Made by a program: the position numbers and the translations under genes. From the IMG/VR virus record IMGVR_UViG_640753020_000004: a DNA stretch of 64,000 nucleotides; one strand, given 5' to 3'. Source of the stretch: a virus. The notes below the pieces were generated by a model. The model saw only the letters and a program-made list of their open reading frames with translations, ran no database searches and had not been told where the DNA came from. Shown here in pieces: positions 28,655 through 38,382 of this stretch; positions within the stretch are counted from its first letter, which is position 1; the number at the start of each line of letters is the position of its first letter.

Positions 28655-29494
28655 TTAGTCGAATACGCTACTTAGCTGCTCTAACTGTCCCAATTGCTGT
28701 AAATTAGTTTTAGCATATTGATTATTAGAATCTAATTGTATAGCTTGATTAAAATACTTCTTAGCATTTTCATAATCTTTGTTACCTTCATAGTCTAACC
28801 CTAATATATTATATGCATTTGACTTTTCTTCATTAGATTTAGTATTTTCTATATATTTATTTGCAGCACTGATTGATTCGTCATATCTTTCTAAATGTGA
28901 ATAAACATATGCTAAGGCATAGTAACTTTCATTATAACTAGGAGATATTTTGATCGCTTCATTTAAGATTGTTGCTCCCTGATTTAAGTCTTTATCTTTT
29001 CCTTTTCCTTCAATATACATCCAAGCTAGATCATTCATAGAATCTGTCAACACATCTTTTCCATTTTCTTTTTCCCGATATACTTTCCATCCACCATTGT
29101 CATTGACAATATATCTTTTATAATTTACTGACGCATCCTTGTTATTATAATTATCATGGCTACTATCAACTACATTAAATTCAACAGCATTTTCATAAGT
29201 AATGTTATCTAATTTTTTATTTTTGTACTCATTACCTTTATCTATTTTTGCACCTTTAAAAGTATAAGTTTCTTTTTGAGTTTCAACCCATTTTATAAAA
29301 TCTTCTTTTTGAAAATTCTTCTTACTTGCCTCTGCCAAAGTATCATAGGCTGCTTCTGCATCTCCATTTTTAATATTGTCATAATAACTATTCAAGACTT
29401 GAACAGGATCTCCTTTAGGTGTACACCCCACAAATCCAACTGATAAAATTACTATTGACATTATTGCTAGTTTAGAAAGTAATTTTTTCAACAT
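28655..29494 (-). CDS. TPR-repeat lipoprotein moron
   Basis: Signal peptide with lipobox FVGC; C-terminal TPRs; own promoter TGGACA-N17-TACAAT at ~29530-29560. Confidence 0.8.
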   Translation of the reverse strand: MLKKLLSKLAIMSIVILSVGFVGCTPKGDPVQVLNSYYDNIKNGDAEAAYDTLAEASKKNFQKEDFIKWVETQKETYTFKGAKIDKGNEYKNKKLDNITYENAVEFNVVDSSHDNYNNKDASVNYKRYIVNDNGGWKVYREKENGKDVLTDSMNDLAWMYIEGKGKDKDLNQGATILNEAIKISPSYNESYYALAYVYSHLERYDESISAANKYIENTKSNEEKSNAYNILGLDYEGNKDYENAKKYFNQAIQLDSNNQYAKTNLQQLGQLEQLSSVFD

Positions 29495-29650
29495 AATCTC
29501 CCCCTTAATTCATACTTTATCAACAATATTGTAACAAATTGTATATATTTTGTCCAACCTATTCCATAATACAAGATTTATGGGGTAATTTCTATTAAAA
29601 TGCATTTCAAAGAATGTATCATTATTCCACTTAAAATAGCGTTAATTATA

Positions 29651-29818
29651 CTACTTCTTTGTAAGCTTATTTTCTGCTTCTATTTCAAGTTCAGCACTGG
29701 CTAGATACAACTTTTGTTCATATTCAGGCATATTATAAAATTCTCCGAATCTTAAATTATGCCTTACCCAAAGAAAATTTATTAAATAAAGTTTGTATCT
29801 AGCCCTGATGAGTTTTTT
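29651..29818 (-). other. Predicted -1 programmed ribosomal frameshift extension (G-T type) of the tail assembly chaperone
   Basis: Slippery A-AAA-AAC at 29818-29812; the -1 frame is open for 53 codons (LIRARYKLYLINFLWVRHNLRFGEFYNMPEYEQKLYLASAELEIEAENKLTKK). Confidence 0.8.
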
Positions 29819-30237
29819 ATATCTTCTATATCCTCAGCTTCATCATTGTATCCACTTAAATCAAAGATCTTGTTTATTAAATCATCCATTTCTCCTGCAA
29901 GTAATCGCCTTTTTATAACTTCTTTTCCATTACTAACGCTTAAAGCAGCTTTTAATTTCTCATTATTCCAATTAGGGGACACCGTAGCTTTTTCAATTAT
30001 ATCTGCATTAAAATTTTCATCATCAAATACATCTTTTTCAAGCTTAGAGCCTTTTACCTTTTCTGAATGTGTATTGTCCTTTCTTATTTTACTTATCTGC
30101 TTGCCTGTTAGAGCCTTTAATTTTATTGGTATTCCAAGCCTCTGTATAACAACTGTCCTTGTAGGTACCTCTATTTCACCTAAAAGCGCATCTATAATAT
30201 CATCTTCACTCATGTTTTGCATTTTTTCTATATCCAT
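29782..30237 (-). CDS. Tail assembly chaperone (XkdN-like)
   Basis: First tail gene after the tube (past HicAB); P.W....L, KRRLLAGE, slippery site at the 3' end. Confidence 0.85.
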   Translation of the reverse strand: MDIEKMQNMSEDDIIDALLGEIEVPTRTVVIQRLGIPIKLKALTGKQISKIRKDNTHSEKVKGSKLEKDVFDDENFNADIIEKATVSPNWNNEKLKAALSVSNGKEVIKRRLLAGEMDDLINKIFDLSGYNDEAEDIEDIKNSSGLDTNFI

Positions 30238-30318
30238 ATCTTAAATTCCTCCTAAATAATTATTTTAAAACATAAGAAAAGAACCGCATTTAAGCGATTC
30301 TTTTAAAATTATTAACTA

Positions 30319-30726
30319 TTAATTTCTAATATTAAGCCTTTCTTTAATGGCTGATTGTAATACCTGTGAAAAGTTAATTTTATTTTCTTCAGCTATTTTA
30401 TTTAGCCATCTTGGTAAAGTCACATTTTTGTTGACAGATTTATTCATCATTTCGTTTCTAATATCAACCATATGGGCTGTAATAGGAACAACAAACTGAC
30501 CTTTAGTAACTTTCACATCTTCAGGATTAGTTGCTGCAGGTATTTTTTCACCTTCATCCTCTAACCCCCACAGATAACCTTCAAGTAAATCTTTTGCCAT
30601 ATACATTGCTTCATCTAAGTTATCCCCAAACGTAGCACATCCTAAATCAGGAAAATTAACACAATATTGATTTTCCTCTCTTTCAAATACAGCTGGAAAA
30701 GTATATTTATCTTTCATAAACAACAC
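30319..30726 (-). CDS. hicB: HicB antitoxin
   Basis: YTFPAVF, Y.VNFPDL.C.TFG..LDEA..MA.D.L, C-terminal KNVTLP.WL RHH domain. Confidence 0.93.
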   Translation of the reverse strand: MLFMKDKYTFPAVFEREENQYCVNFPDLGCATFGDNLDEAMYMAKDLLEGYLWGLEDEGEKIPAATNPEDVKVTKGQFVVPITAHMVDIRNEMMNKSVNKNVTLPRWLNKIAEENKINFSQVLQSAIKERLNIRN

Positions 30727-30762
30727 CTCAATAATTATTAGTATATTTTATTGCAGCAAGAA

Positions 30763-30945
30763 CTATTTAATTCCTGCCTGTTTAAGTATCGCGTTTAAAG
30801 TGCCTTTAGGAATATCACCTTTATGATTAGGAACTGGCACTTTATTAGGTTTATCCTTATGTTTGAAATACATATGAGATCCTCTTTGATAAGAATAATA
30901 CCATCCAGCTTTTTCTAGCTTTTTAACCAGTTCTTTGATTTTCAT
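30763..30945 (-). CDS. hicA: HicA mRNA interferase toxin
   Basis: LEKAGW..QRGSH..FKH..VPVPNHKGDIPKGTL.AILKQAG; AGGAGG RBS before ATG 30945. Confidence 0.93.
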   Translation of the reverse strand: MKIKELVKKLEKAGWYYSYQRGSHMYFKHKDKPNKVPVPNHKGDIPKGTLNAILKQAGIK

Positions 30946-30967
30946 AATTTTCCTCCTAACACCTATA

Positions 30968-30996
30968 ATTTTAAGCGTGTTGTTTATGCGTGTCAA
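30968..30996 (-). promoter_or_regulatory. hicAB promoter
   Basis: TTGACA-N17-TAAAAT with an ACACGC direct repeat. Confidence 0.75.
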
Positions 30997-31021
30997 GATA
31001 TATAAATATACTTATTTTCAT

Positions 31022-31438
31022 CTAAGCAACTTCTATTTTATCCAAAAGCTCATAACCACTGAAATTGAAAGGTGTTTCCTCTTCTACGAGGTCTCCTGCT
31101 TTTAAATTTATTAACTGCAGCTTTGTAGCCATGCAATTTTTTAACCTTATGGATTCATACCCATAAGCTTCGGGGTCGTCAAGTTTAGTTATTATTTCGA
31201 ATCTCTTGAATCCTCTTTCTATCATATCACTTGTTACTTTATAACCTTTCATGGTTCCAGTACCTTTTTTTATCCCTGATTTATATTGAACCCAGTCCGC
31301 CCCCAATAGATTGAGCTCTTTAATATCTGGTTCCACATCTGCTGTACACTCCTGCAGGTTGGTCTGTTTAACTCCATCAACTAAAACTTCTCCAAAACGT
31401 CCATGTATCGCCCTTCCTGCCTCTAATACATCTGTCAT
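31022..31438 (-). CDS. Tail tube protein (XkdM-like)
   Basis: IHGRFG, GTGTMK.YKVTS, KLDDPEA.G.E.I.L, EEETPFNF. Confidence 0.9.
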   Translation of the reverse strand: MTDVLEAGRAIHGRFGEVLVDGVKQTNLQECTADVEPDIKELNLLGADWVQYKSGIKKGTGTMKGYKVTSDMIERGFKRFEIITKLDDPEAYGYESIRLKNCMATKLQLINLKAGDLVEEETPFNFSGYELLDKIEVA

Positions 31439-31456
31439 AATTTATCCCTCCTATTC

Positions 31457-32875
31457 CTAGCTTATATAGCCAGTTCCGTATATTTTCTTCATTACATTTA
31501 CGTAATCCGCAGCCCATTTCCAGTAGAATTCATCATCTTTTGCATTTACCTGCAGGTCAGTGTCAACTTCAACTGAAAAATCTCCTATCACTCCATCAAT
31601 TTGCAGTGTTTCGAAGTACTGCTTTAATGCCGATAAAACAACTTTCTGCCCTAAATCTCCATTAGGAGTTTTTCCTATATAGTCTCTTTTTGTAATAGTT
31701 GTATCTGCATTTACTGTGTGCATGAATCTAACAGCTCTAATATATCCAAGAGACTCACTCTGGTCTTCTCCATAGGATTTTAATGTATTCACATCATCAA
31801 CCACTATGGCATTTGTAGCAATACCATCTCCTGCAAATATCAAAGTTCCTGATTTCAAACATTGTACTATCTGTTCTCTGTTTAATTTTGGGTATACATC
31901 TGAAAAGATAGTTTCTTTATTGCAGATACTTTCCTTCATAGTTGCGGCTGCTATTATTCCTGCCACATAACAAGCACTTTCTGCAGGGGTATAAGTTACG
32001 CCCTCATAAATGCCCCCATTACCTACATTCACTACGCATTCATCATTAAATGCCTTTGATTGTGTATTGGCAGCATCAATACTAGTACTAGATGAACCTC
32101 CAAAACAACCTATAACGTCATAGCCTACAGCTTTATTTCTGTCTATCCATGCCTGAACTGTTGTTTGAAGGGCAGTATCTGCTATACCATCCAATGTAAA
32201 TACATTTATCTTGTATTGTTCAAAAGCTGCCATAGCATCCACGTAGTTTTCATTTGTTATATTCTCAGTTCCATTGCTGCCACCTTCCAGTGGTTGATTT
32301 ACTATGCTTGCCAAAGTATCGTTGCCATCTGCAACTTTAGTAGCTTTAAGCCATATATTTTCACTGTCTCCATTTATCTGTTCTACAATTTCACTTATGC
32401 TTCCGGATACCTTGAATGTATATAACTGTCCAGTTCCTTCATATAAAGTTACATCTATTAAGGTTTCATCTGCAATATCAGGCTTTACTGAAACATTAAA
32501 GTTCCTAGTTGTAGGATATAAAGTCTCAAGTTTTATAACATCCACAGGAGTTCCAGTAGTATCCTTTAATGTTATGCTTGCAGCTTTTTCACTATCATCG
32601 CCCATCCTATATAAGAGAAGCTCTGAGGGCTGCCCCAAAAGAACTAATCTCCCAAGTCTATAGGCACTTAATGTACTATTACTTCCAAATGCCTTTATCA
32701 ATTCCGATTCTGTACTTACAGAAGTAACTTTCTTCATAGGCCCCCAATCGCTCTTGACCGGCATAGCCACAACTCCCTTAGTGCCTTGTGTCAGCCTGTT
32801 TTCAGCCATCCATTTAAACCTATTGTAAAACCCTGGTATAATCTGTTTATTCGTTTCACTCCAAGTTCCTGCCAC
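31457..32875 (-). CDS. Tail sheath protein (XkdK-like)
   Basis: PGFYNRF, GVVAMP..DWGP, immediately upstream of the tube gene. Confidence 0.9.
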   Translation of the reverse strand: MAGTWSETNKQIIPGFYNRFKWMAENRLTQGTKGVVAMPVKSDWGPMKKVTSVSTESELIKAFGSNSTLSAYRLGRLVLLGQPSELLLYRMGDDSEKAASITLKDTTGTPVDVIKLETLYPTTRNFNVSVKPDIADETLIDVTLYEGTGQLYTFKVSGSISEIVEQINGDSENIWLKATKVADGNDTLASIVNQPLEGGSNGTENITNENYVDAMAAFEQYKINVFTLDGIADTALQTTVQAWIDRNKAVGYDVIGCFGGSSSTSIDAANTQSKAFNDECVVNVGNGGIYEGVTYTPAESACYVAGIIAAATMKESICNKETIFSDVYPKLNREQIVQCLKSGTLIFAGDGIATNAIVVDDVNTLKSYGEDQSESLGYIRAVRFMHTVNADTTITKRDYIGKTPNGDLGQKVVLSALKQYFETLQIDGVIGDFSVEVDTDLQVNAKDDEFYWKWAADYVNVMKKIYGTGYIS

Positions 32876-32876
32876 C

Positions 32877-33311
32877 TTATTTCACCTTCCTTTTTAGAAA
32901 ATCTTCTATTAATTTCTTAAAACTTTCTTTTGTAAGTTCCTTTTCTTTACAATCAAACAAAGCACCCACTGCCACTTCTCTTTTATGGCCTGTAAGTGCT
33001 TTACTATTTTTAATTAAATCCTCAATTGGGTATTTAACTTCTGGCTTAGTTGTATTGACCTCCACTGTAGATATTGGCACACTTGAACTTGTACTACCAC
33101 TTGATAATGTACTTGTTTTTATATCCACATTTGTAGTTGAAGCTTGTGTCTGAATATTTGCCCCACTAGAAATAGGTTTATCTTTTTTATCATCTACAGC
33201 ACTATTTACAGATGTAACCGGTGTTGAACCTATACCACTAATTGATGAAGTGTTAGCACCTGTGGTACTTTCAGTTGAAGTGGCTTTATCCTTTACGTTA
33301 TCTTCTGCCAT
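32877..33311 (-). CDS. Hypothetical tail protein with a Ser/Thr-rich linker
   Basis: Low-complexity N-terminus; VAVGAL..LT..I..FL.RKV C-terminus. Confidence 0.6.
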   Translation of the reverse strand: MAEDNVKDKATSTESTTGANTSSISGIGSTPVTSVNSAVDDKKDKPISSGANIQTQASTTNVDIKTSTLSSGSTSSSVPISTVEVNTTKPEVKYPIEDLIKNSKALTGHKREVAVGALFDCKEKELTKESFKKLIEDFLKRKVK

Positions 33312-33314
33312 AAA

Positions 33315-34142
33315 TTACTCCTCCTTTATCGAACCCCTGCCATAGATTTTATTCATGACAGGAATATTTTTTCTCTTGATATTTTCAAGCCTGAAAAAAT
33401 CCACGCTAAGTTGACCCACAGTAAATGGGTCTGCTTCTCTATCTTCCCTTATGCTGCTTATGGTCAAATACCTTCTATCTGCTATATCCAAAGGTATCTT
33501 TGTATCCTGGATTAATTGACTTTCTACAGTATCAATAAATTTATTGGCCATACTTTTATCTCTGCTCACAAAATGGCATCTTATAGTCTTCATAACCCTG
33601 TTAGCTCCAAGTGTTGCAGGAGATAAATCAGTTTTAAGTACCCTGCACAATACAGAAGGTACCGCAAAATTTTTTACCCAGTACTCAGGATACACAGGAA
33701 TATTTATAAGACCATTTATATAATTGGATACAGCTCCAACCCACGAATCTACATAGGATTCACTTTCTTCATGAAGAGCTATAACGTTGAATTTAAGCCC
33801 CCTTGCAATAGCATCCCATTCTTCGTCTATAACATCATCACCAATGGTTCCATTAAAAACACATGTATAACTTTCCCCTGTATCTTTTGTTATAGTCTGT
33901 AAATCCAATGCTGCTATAACTTTTTCCATCAAACTATCCAGGGTATTGAATGTCAGCCTCTTATCATAAAGCCATATCTGTATGCCTCTACTGTAGGATG
34001 TAGGATTGTTCTGTTTATCATCAGAGCCTTGAAGAATTACAGCATAAGGCTTTTCTGTGGATTTATCAGGAACAGTAGGTTCATAACACTCTTTAAGCTC
34101 TGGAATACTATCCAGTAACTTTTCCCTTATTCCGTCACGCAT
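33315..34142 (-). CDS. Tail terminator-like protein
   Basis: Lies between the HK97 gp10-like gene and the sheath. Confidence 0.6.
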   Translation of the reverse strand: MRDGIREKLLDSIPELKECYEPTVPDKSTEKPYAVILQGSDDKQNNPTSYSRGIQIWLYDKRLTFNTLDSLMEKVIAALDLQTITKDTGESYTCVFNGTIGDDVIDEEWDAIARGLKFNVIALHEESESYVDSWVGAVSNYINGLINIPVYPEYWVKNFAVPSVLCRVLKTDLSPATLGANRVMKTIRCHFVSRDKSMANKFIDTVESQLIQDTKIPLDIADRRYLTISSIREDREADPFTVGQLSVDFFRLENIKRKNIPVMNKIYGRGSIKEE

Positions 34143-34145
34143 ATA

Positions 34146-34580
34146 CTAATCCTCCCATAATCTAATCACATCATCTCTGATTTTATATTTATTTTTTTCC
34201 ATAGTAGGACCTACTGTTGCATATTTCTTGGTACCTGGATGATGCACAAGCTTAACTGGATGATCTGCATCCTTCCAATATAAGGCTTTCTTATTCTTTG
34301 GCCTTATTATATGCGGTTTCGAACCATCTTCAAGCACTCCCCCGTATTCCACTCCATGACTTAAAGAAATAGTATATTCCTTATTTTCAACTTTCACATC
34401 TCCATGAAGCGACTGTCTGGCATGTGCTGACCTATCTTTCCATGGTGCATTCATTTTAGCTTCATTTTCTAAATTTCTTGCCCAATTATCACAGAAAGAA
34501 TGCATTAAGGCATTTTTCCTATTTATAAAATCCAGTACATTATCACTAAAAGCCATTACATCACCTTCTCCAAGCCGCAA
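34146..34580 (-). CDS. HK97 gp10-like tail completion protein
   Basis: APWKDRSAHARQSL, GVEYG..LEDG, VHHPGT. Confidence 0.8.
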   Translation of the reverse strand: MRLGEGDVMAFSDNVLDFINRKNALMHSFCDNWARNLENEAKMNAPWKDRSAHARQSLHGDVKVENKEYTISLSHGVEYGGVLEDGSKPHIIRPKNKKALYWKDADHPVKLVHHPGTKKYATVGPTMEKNKYKIRDDVIRLWED

Positions 34581-34990
34581 TCATACCCACATATTTCTCC
34601 ATTTATTATCTGTGGATACACATTTTTTACTTTCATATGACCATAAGAACAGTCAAATTCTATTGAAGTTTTACTGTCTACACTTAAATCTGCTTCGCTG
34701 TCTGCAAGCATTCCATAGGCTGTATTTTTATAAGAAGTACCTATTGTACCTGAAGAAACTGTTATACTGCTGTCATAAGTTTTCTGTGGAAATATCCTAA
34801 CTGTTAAAGTTATATCTTTGGACACTTCTGCAAAATGACCATTTACAATCTCTTTGACAACCTTAGTAAAAGATATTTCTGTAGGGTTTTGAGCTATGCT
34901 CCAGTTTATATCCCTTTTTCTTCTCTCTGCTGTAATCATAGGTTTATCTCCACATCTGAACCAATTATAAAACTGCTTCTTCCGGTACAC
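34556..34990 (-). CDS. Head-tail adaptor/closure protein
   Basis: Gene order in the neck module. Confidence 0.55.
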   Translation of the reverse strand: MYRKKQFYNWFRCGDKPMITAERRKRDINWSIAQNPTEISFTKVVKEIVNGHFAEVSKDITLTVRIFPQKTYDSSITVSSGTIGTSYKNTAYGMLADSEADLSVDSKTSIEFDCSYGHMKVKNVYPQIINGEICGYDCGLEKVM

Positions 34991-35265
34991 ATTGACTTAT
35001 ATTTCTCTGCATTTTTGTAACATAGGTTTGCCACGTCAGTGATAGTTGAATATTGATATCTCTCTTGTCCAACTTGATATTGATTAGGAGTATCGATATT
35101 ACTCTCCTGCATAGTGGCTTTCATCATCCATCCTTCGCTGGCGGCACAATATATACAGTCTGCATCAGATATTAGAGAATCCAGTTCATCATCAGTGAAC
35201 GTCTTGCTGTCCCTATCGTTTAGCAACATTCTTAATTTTGTTCTTAAACTATCAGTGGGTGTCAC
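34936..35265 (-). CDS. Head-tail connector protein
   Basis: LR.LL.D....FTDDEL; follows the capsid gene. Confidence 0.65.
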   Translation of the reverse strand: MTPTDSLRTKLRMLLNDRDSKTFTDDELDSLISDADCIYCAASEGWMMKATMQESNIDTPNQYQVGQERYQYSTITDVANLCYKNAEKYKSMCTGRSSFIIGSDVEINL

Positions 35266-35310
35266 AATATCACCTCCATGAAAATAGAGTCCATTTAAAA
35301 TTAATGAACC

Positions 35311-36345
35311 CTATCCTAAAGTTATTTCCTGTACATTTTCATCTATGGCAGCATAACATCCCCTGTAAGCATATCCTACAATCTGCTGTTCCACTAATCT
35401 TGAAAGATCCCCCGCCTGTGATTCTATTTGAAGGTCCTGTTTCAAAAGCTCCTTGAATCCTCTCTTAGGTCTTATCAGGTAACACTTTCCATCAGCTACT
35501 CCTGGATATGAATAACTCTTTCTTCCAACTTGAGTAGCCCATCCATCATAGTAAACTATTGAACTTATTCCACTTACAGCAGGATAAGTAGTGCCATTTA
35601 TCTGATATCCACCTTTAAGCGCCATTTCAATATTATCCTTATTCATACTGGATGCAAGTAAAACAGTACCTGGCCTTTTAGCCTTGTTACAATCAATTAT
35701 TGCCTGGGTCAATGTTTTATAGTACCTTACCCACACGTCCTCATCAGCTGACCCCTGATATGGAGTTTTATTAGCTGTCTTGTAAGTATAGTTGATTATC
35801 GGAGAAAGATATATGTGGTTAAGAAGAGCATTATACGCTTCACCCATAGACCTGTTCAGTATATCCACAGAGAAATTATCATTAAAATCCTTCATTTCCT
35901 TTGTATATTCAAAACCAGCCGTATAAGTTAAAAGCCTTGCAGTTGGCCCATATTCAACTTGAAGGGCACCAAATTTAACTTCTTCCCCTTCCATATGCTC
36001 TGTAAATACTACCGTTCCGGTCAAAGCCCATTTTGCATCTATAAGCTTTGGCATGGTTGGGTCTGAAAGCAAATCATAAATAGGAGAATATAAAAGTGGT
36101 ATCTGCTCACGTCCAAGTTCAACGTCAAGTACCACTTTTTTTAACAAATCCTTATATTGTGCCAGGCTGTTGCTTCTTAGCATTTCCCCTATAGGTTTTG
36201 TAAGAACGTAAGTTTCCATTTCACCATTGACTATCTTTTTAGGAGCTAAATACTCTTTACCATTTAATTTAAAAGGTATTACGGTATCTATAGTCTGTGT
36301 TTTCTTTGCTTCTCTTAATGAATCTATACTATAAATTTTTACCAT
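35311..36345 (-). CDS. Major capsid protein
   Basis: 344 aa, position after the decoration and scaffold genes, HK97-like features. Confidence 0.8.
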   Translation of the reverse strand: MVKIYSIDSLREAKKTQTIDTVIPFKLNGKEYLAPKKIVNGEMETYVLTKPIGEMLRSNSLAQYKDLLKKVVLDVELGREQIPLLYSPIYDLLSDPTMPKLIDAKWALTGTVVFTEHMEGEEVKFGALQVEYGPTARLLTYTAGFEYTKEMKDFNDNFSVDILNRSMGEAYNALLNHIYLSPIINYTYKTANKTPYQGSADEDVWVRYYKTLTQAIIDCNKAKRPGTVLLASSMNKDNIEMALKGGYQINGTTYPAVSGISSIVYYDGWATQVGRKSYSYPGVADGKCYLIRPKRGFKELLKQDLQIESQAGDLSRLVEQQIVGYAYRGCYAAIDENVQEITLG

Positions 36346-36360
36346 GTTTTATAAGCCTCC

Positions 36361-36738
36361 TTATACTTGTGGTCCTAATATGAACCATATTACATTGTTG
36401 CTGTCTTTGGCAGAGGATACAATCCCAACTTTTTTATTGGTACCAGCAGTTTCAGTTAAAACTTTACTGGTAGCATCAAAGTAAATCGAGGTACCTACTG
36501 CAAATTCCTCATCAGTCTTTATCTGATTTGTTTCATATTCTGCCTGTTCAATTGCAAGCACTACTTCTTCTCCCACTGCTGCATCTTGATTGGCAAGTCC
36601 AAAGAATCCTCCTATCTGATAAAAGTTTCCTTGTGCAACTTCCTCTGTAGCTGTAAGTCTGACTGATTTACCATCACTGATTTTTCCACTTGATATATTT
36701 ATTATCGTACTTGGCGTAGGTTGTCCTGTAAATGCCAT
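36361..36738 (-). CDS. DUF2190-family capsid decoration/cement protein
   Basis: FFGLA, F.VG...YFD...LT, KKVG.V. Confidence 0.75.
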   Translation of the reverse strand: MAFTGQPTPSTIINISSGKISDGKSVRLTATEEVAQGNFYQIGGFFGLANQDAAVGEEVVLAIEQAEYETNQIKTDEEFAVGTSIYFDATSKVLTETAGTNKKVGIVSSAKDSNNVIWFILGPQV

Positions 36739-36758
36739 CTATAATCACTTTCCTTTCC

Positions 36759-38234
36759 TTAAATTGATATCCTTCTAGTCTTTAATATACCTGATGTTTC
36801 GGTTTTATTGTCAATTGAAGTACCTATTCCCGGTGCCATGTCAATATGTTCACCAGATATGAAGCTTTTTACAAAATCATCTTTTAAGATATTATCAATT
36901 TCACCTGCTATAATTTCTTTTGTAGCTCCATCTTCAACTTTTAACATCTTTTTAACTAAGTTCTGAGCTATCTCTCCTGCAACTTTTTCTTTTACCAAAT
37001 CATCTACGACCTTTTTAAATTCTGCTTTTTTAGAATTTTCTACAGCTTCATGGGCTTTTTTAGCTACATCTACTATATCTATCTCACCTGTAACCCCTAG
37101 AACTTCCTTTACTTTTTCAAGTGTCTCATTTTCCTTCTTAATAGTATTTACTATATCCATCTCACCAGTTATTTTAAGATTGTCTTTAATCTTATCAAGT
37201 AAATTTTCAGCATCAACAGCACTTTTGACATCTGCCATTTCTCCGGCTATTTTTTCTTTTGTAAGTCCCATCTCCCCAAGTACCTGGGAATAGGTAACTT
37301 TTCCAGTCTGTAATAATCCATTTAAATTAGCCATAATCTCTTTAAATTCCATAATCGTATTTCCTCCTTTATTATCCATTTCACTTGAAGTTACAGGCTC
37401 ATATATTCTTTTTTCCATAACTTCCGTCTTATCTCCAAGGGCTATTTTATTATCTTTGTCTATGGAAAATGGTATGCTGTAAAGTTTTGTAGGTTGATCC
37501 CTTTGTTCGTGCTCTACTATAACGGTGTTATTATCATATCTGATATTTCTAACCCATACATAGTCTTGACCATCTTTTACGTTTAAAGCACTTTTAACAG
37601 ATTCCTTCAACTCCTGTTTAAGTTGTTCAAAGGTTCCGTCAAGCTGTTCCCCTTTTGCATCTAAATTATCCATCTCCATACCTACCACATTTGTAGGCAT
37701 ACCTGGCCTGTGAAGTGGTGTCCAATCAATAGACAATGGATTGTATCCCACTACATTTACCCCAGAAGTATCCCTTTTTATCTTTGGATAGCCAAATATA
37801 CTGACTTCCTTAATTCTTTTGGTTCTTATCCATCTCTTAAGATCAGGAGCAGCCGCATCAACTATTCCCCTAAAATATGCCTTATTGTCTTTCATCTCTG
37901 CCCCTACCCAGTGTGTTACAGGGATTTTGAATTCGTTGGACAGGTTTTCTGGTTTTTGGTGCCCCAAAAATCCACTTAATGTATTTTGATTTACATAGTT
38001 TACTATATCCTGCAAAGCTTCGGGTTTGTAATTCCAACCTCTCTTACTCTTAGCAGCAGGTATTTCTACAACTACTTCCAGAGGATCTTTGTCCATTGAT
38101 TTCATTAAATCTATATCTGCCCCTGGAGCTGCTGGAATAGTACCCGGCTTTATTTGAGATATACTTGCATTTATAGGATCTATTTCTCCATAAACTTCAC
38201 TATCCATCTCTCCTATAGGTTTATATAGGAACAT
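36759..38234 (-). CDS. Prohead protease/scaffold-like protein
   Basis: GFLGHQ..VSIFG..SIDWTPL N-terminal domain plus a coiled-coil scaffold; upstream of the capsid genes. Confidence 0.65.
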   Translation of the reverse strand: MFLYKPIGEMDSEVYGEIDPINASISQIKPGTIPAAPGADIDLMKSMDKDPLEVVVEIPAAKSKRGWNYKPEALQDIVNYVNQNTLSGFLGHQKPENLSNEFKIPVTHWVGAEMKDNKAYFRGIVDAAAPDLKRWIRTKRIKEVSIFGYPKIKRDTSGVNVVGYNPLSIDWTPLHRPGMPTNVVGMEMDNLDAKGEQLDGTFEQLKQELKESVKSALNVKDGQDYVWVRNIRYDNNTVIVEHEQRDQPTKLYSIPFSIDKDNKIALGDKTEVMEKRIYEPVTSSEMDNKGGNTIMEFKEIMANLNGLLQTGKVTYSQVLGEMGLTKEKIAGEMADVKSAVDAENLLDKIKDNLKITGEMDIVNTIKKENETLEKVKEVLGVTGEIDIVDVAKKAHEAVENSKKAEFKKVVDDLVKEKVAGEIAQNLVKKMLKVEDGATKEIIAGEIDNILKDDFVKSFISGEHIDMAPGIGTSIDNKTETSGILKTRRISI

Positions 38235-38254
38235 TATTTATCACCTACCTATAT

Positions 38255-38371
38255 TTATATCTCTGTTTTCTTTTTCCATATGCAGAGGCATAAATTAAAC
38301 ATATTAATTTGTATCCAAGCCTCTGCATATCTTTTCCCATTTTCCTCGTATTTTGTAATGTAGTGATGCAT
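38255..38371 (-). CDS. Small phage protein (38 aa, MHHYITKYEENGKRYAEAWIQIN..)
   Basis: GGAGG RBS; not in the ORF track. Confidence 0.6.
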   Translation of the reverse strand: MHHYITKYEENGKRYAEAWIQINMFNLCLCIWKKKTEI

Positions 38372-38382
38372 TTTTTTCCCTC

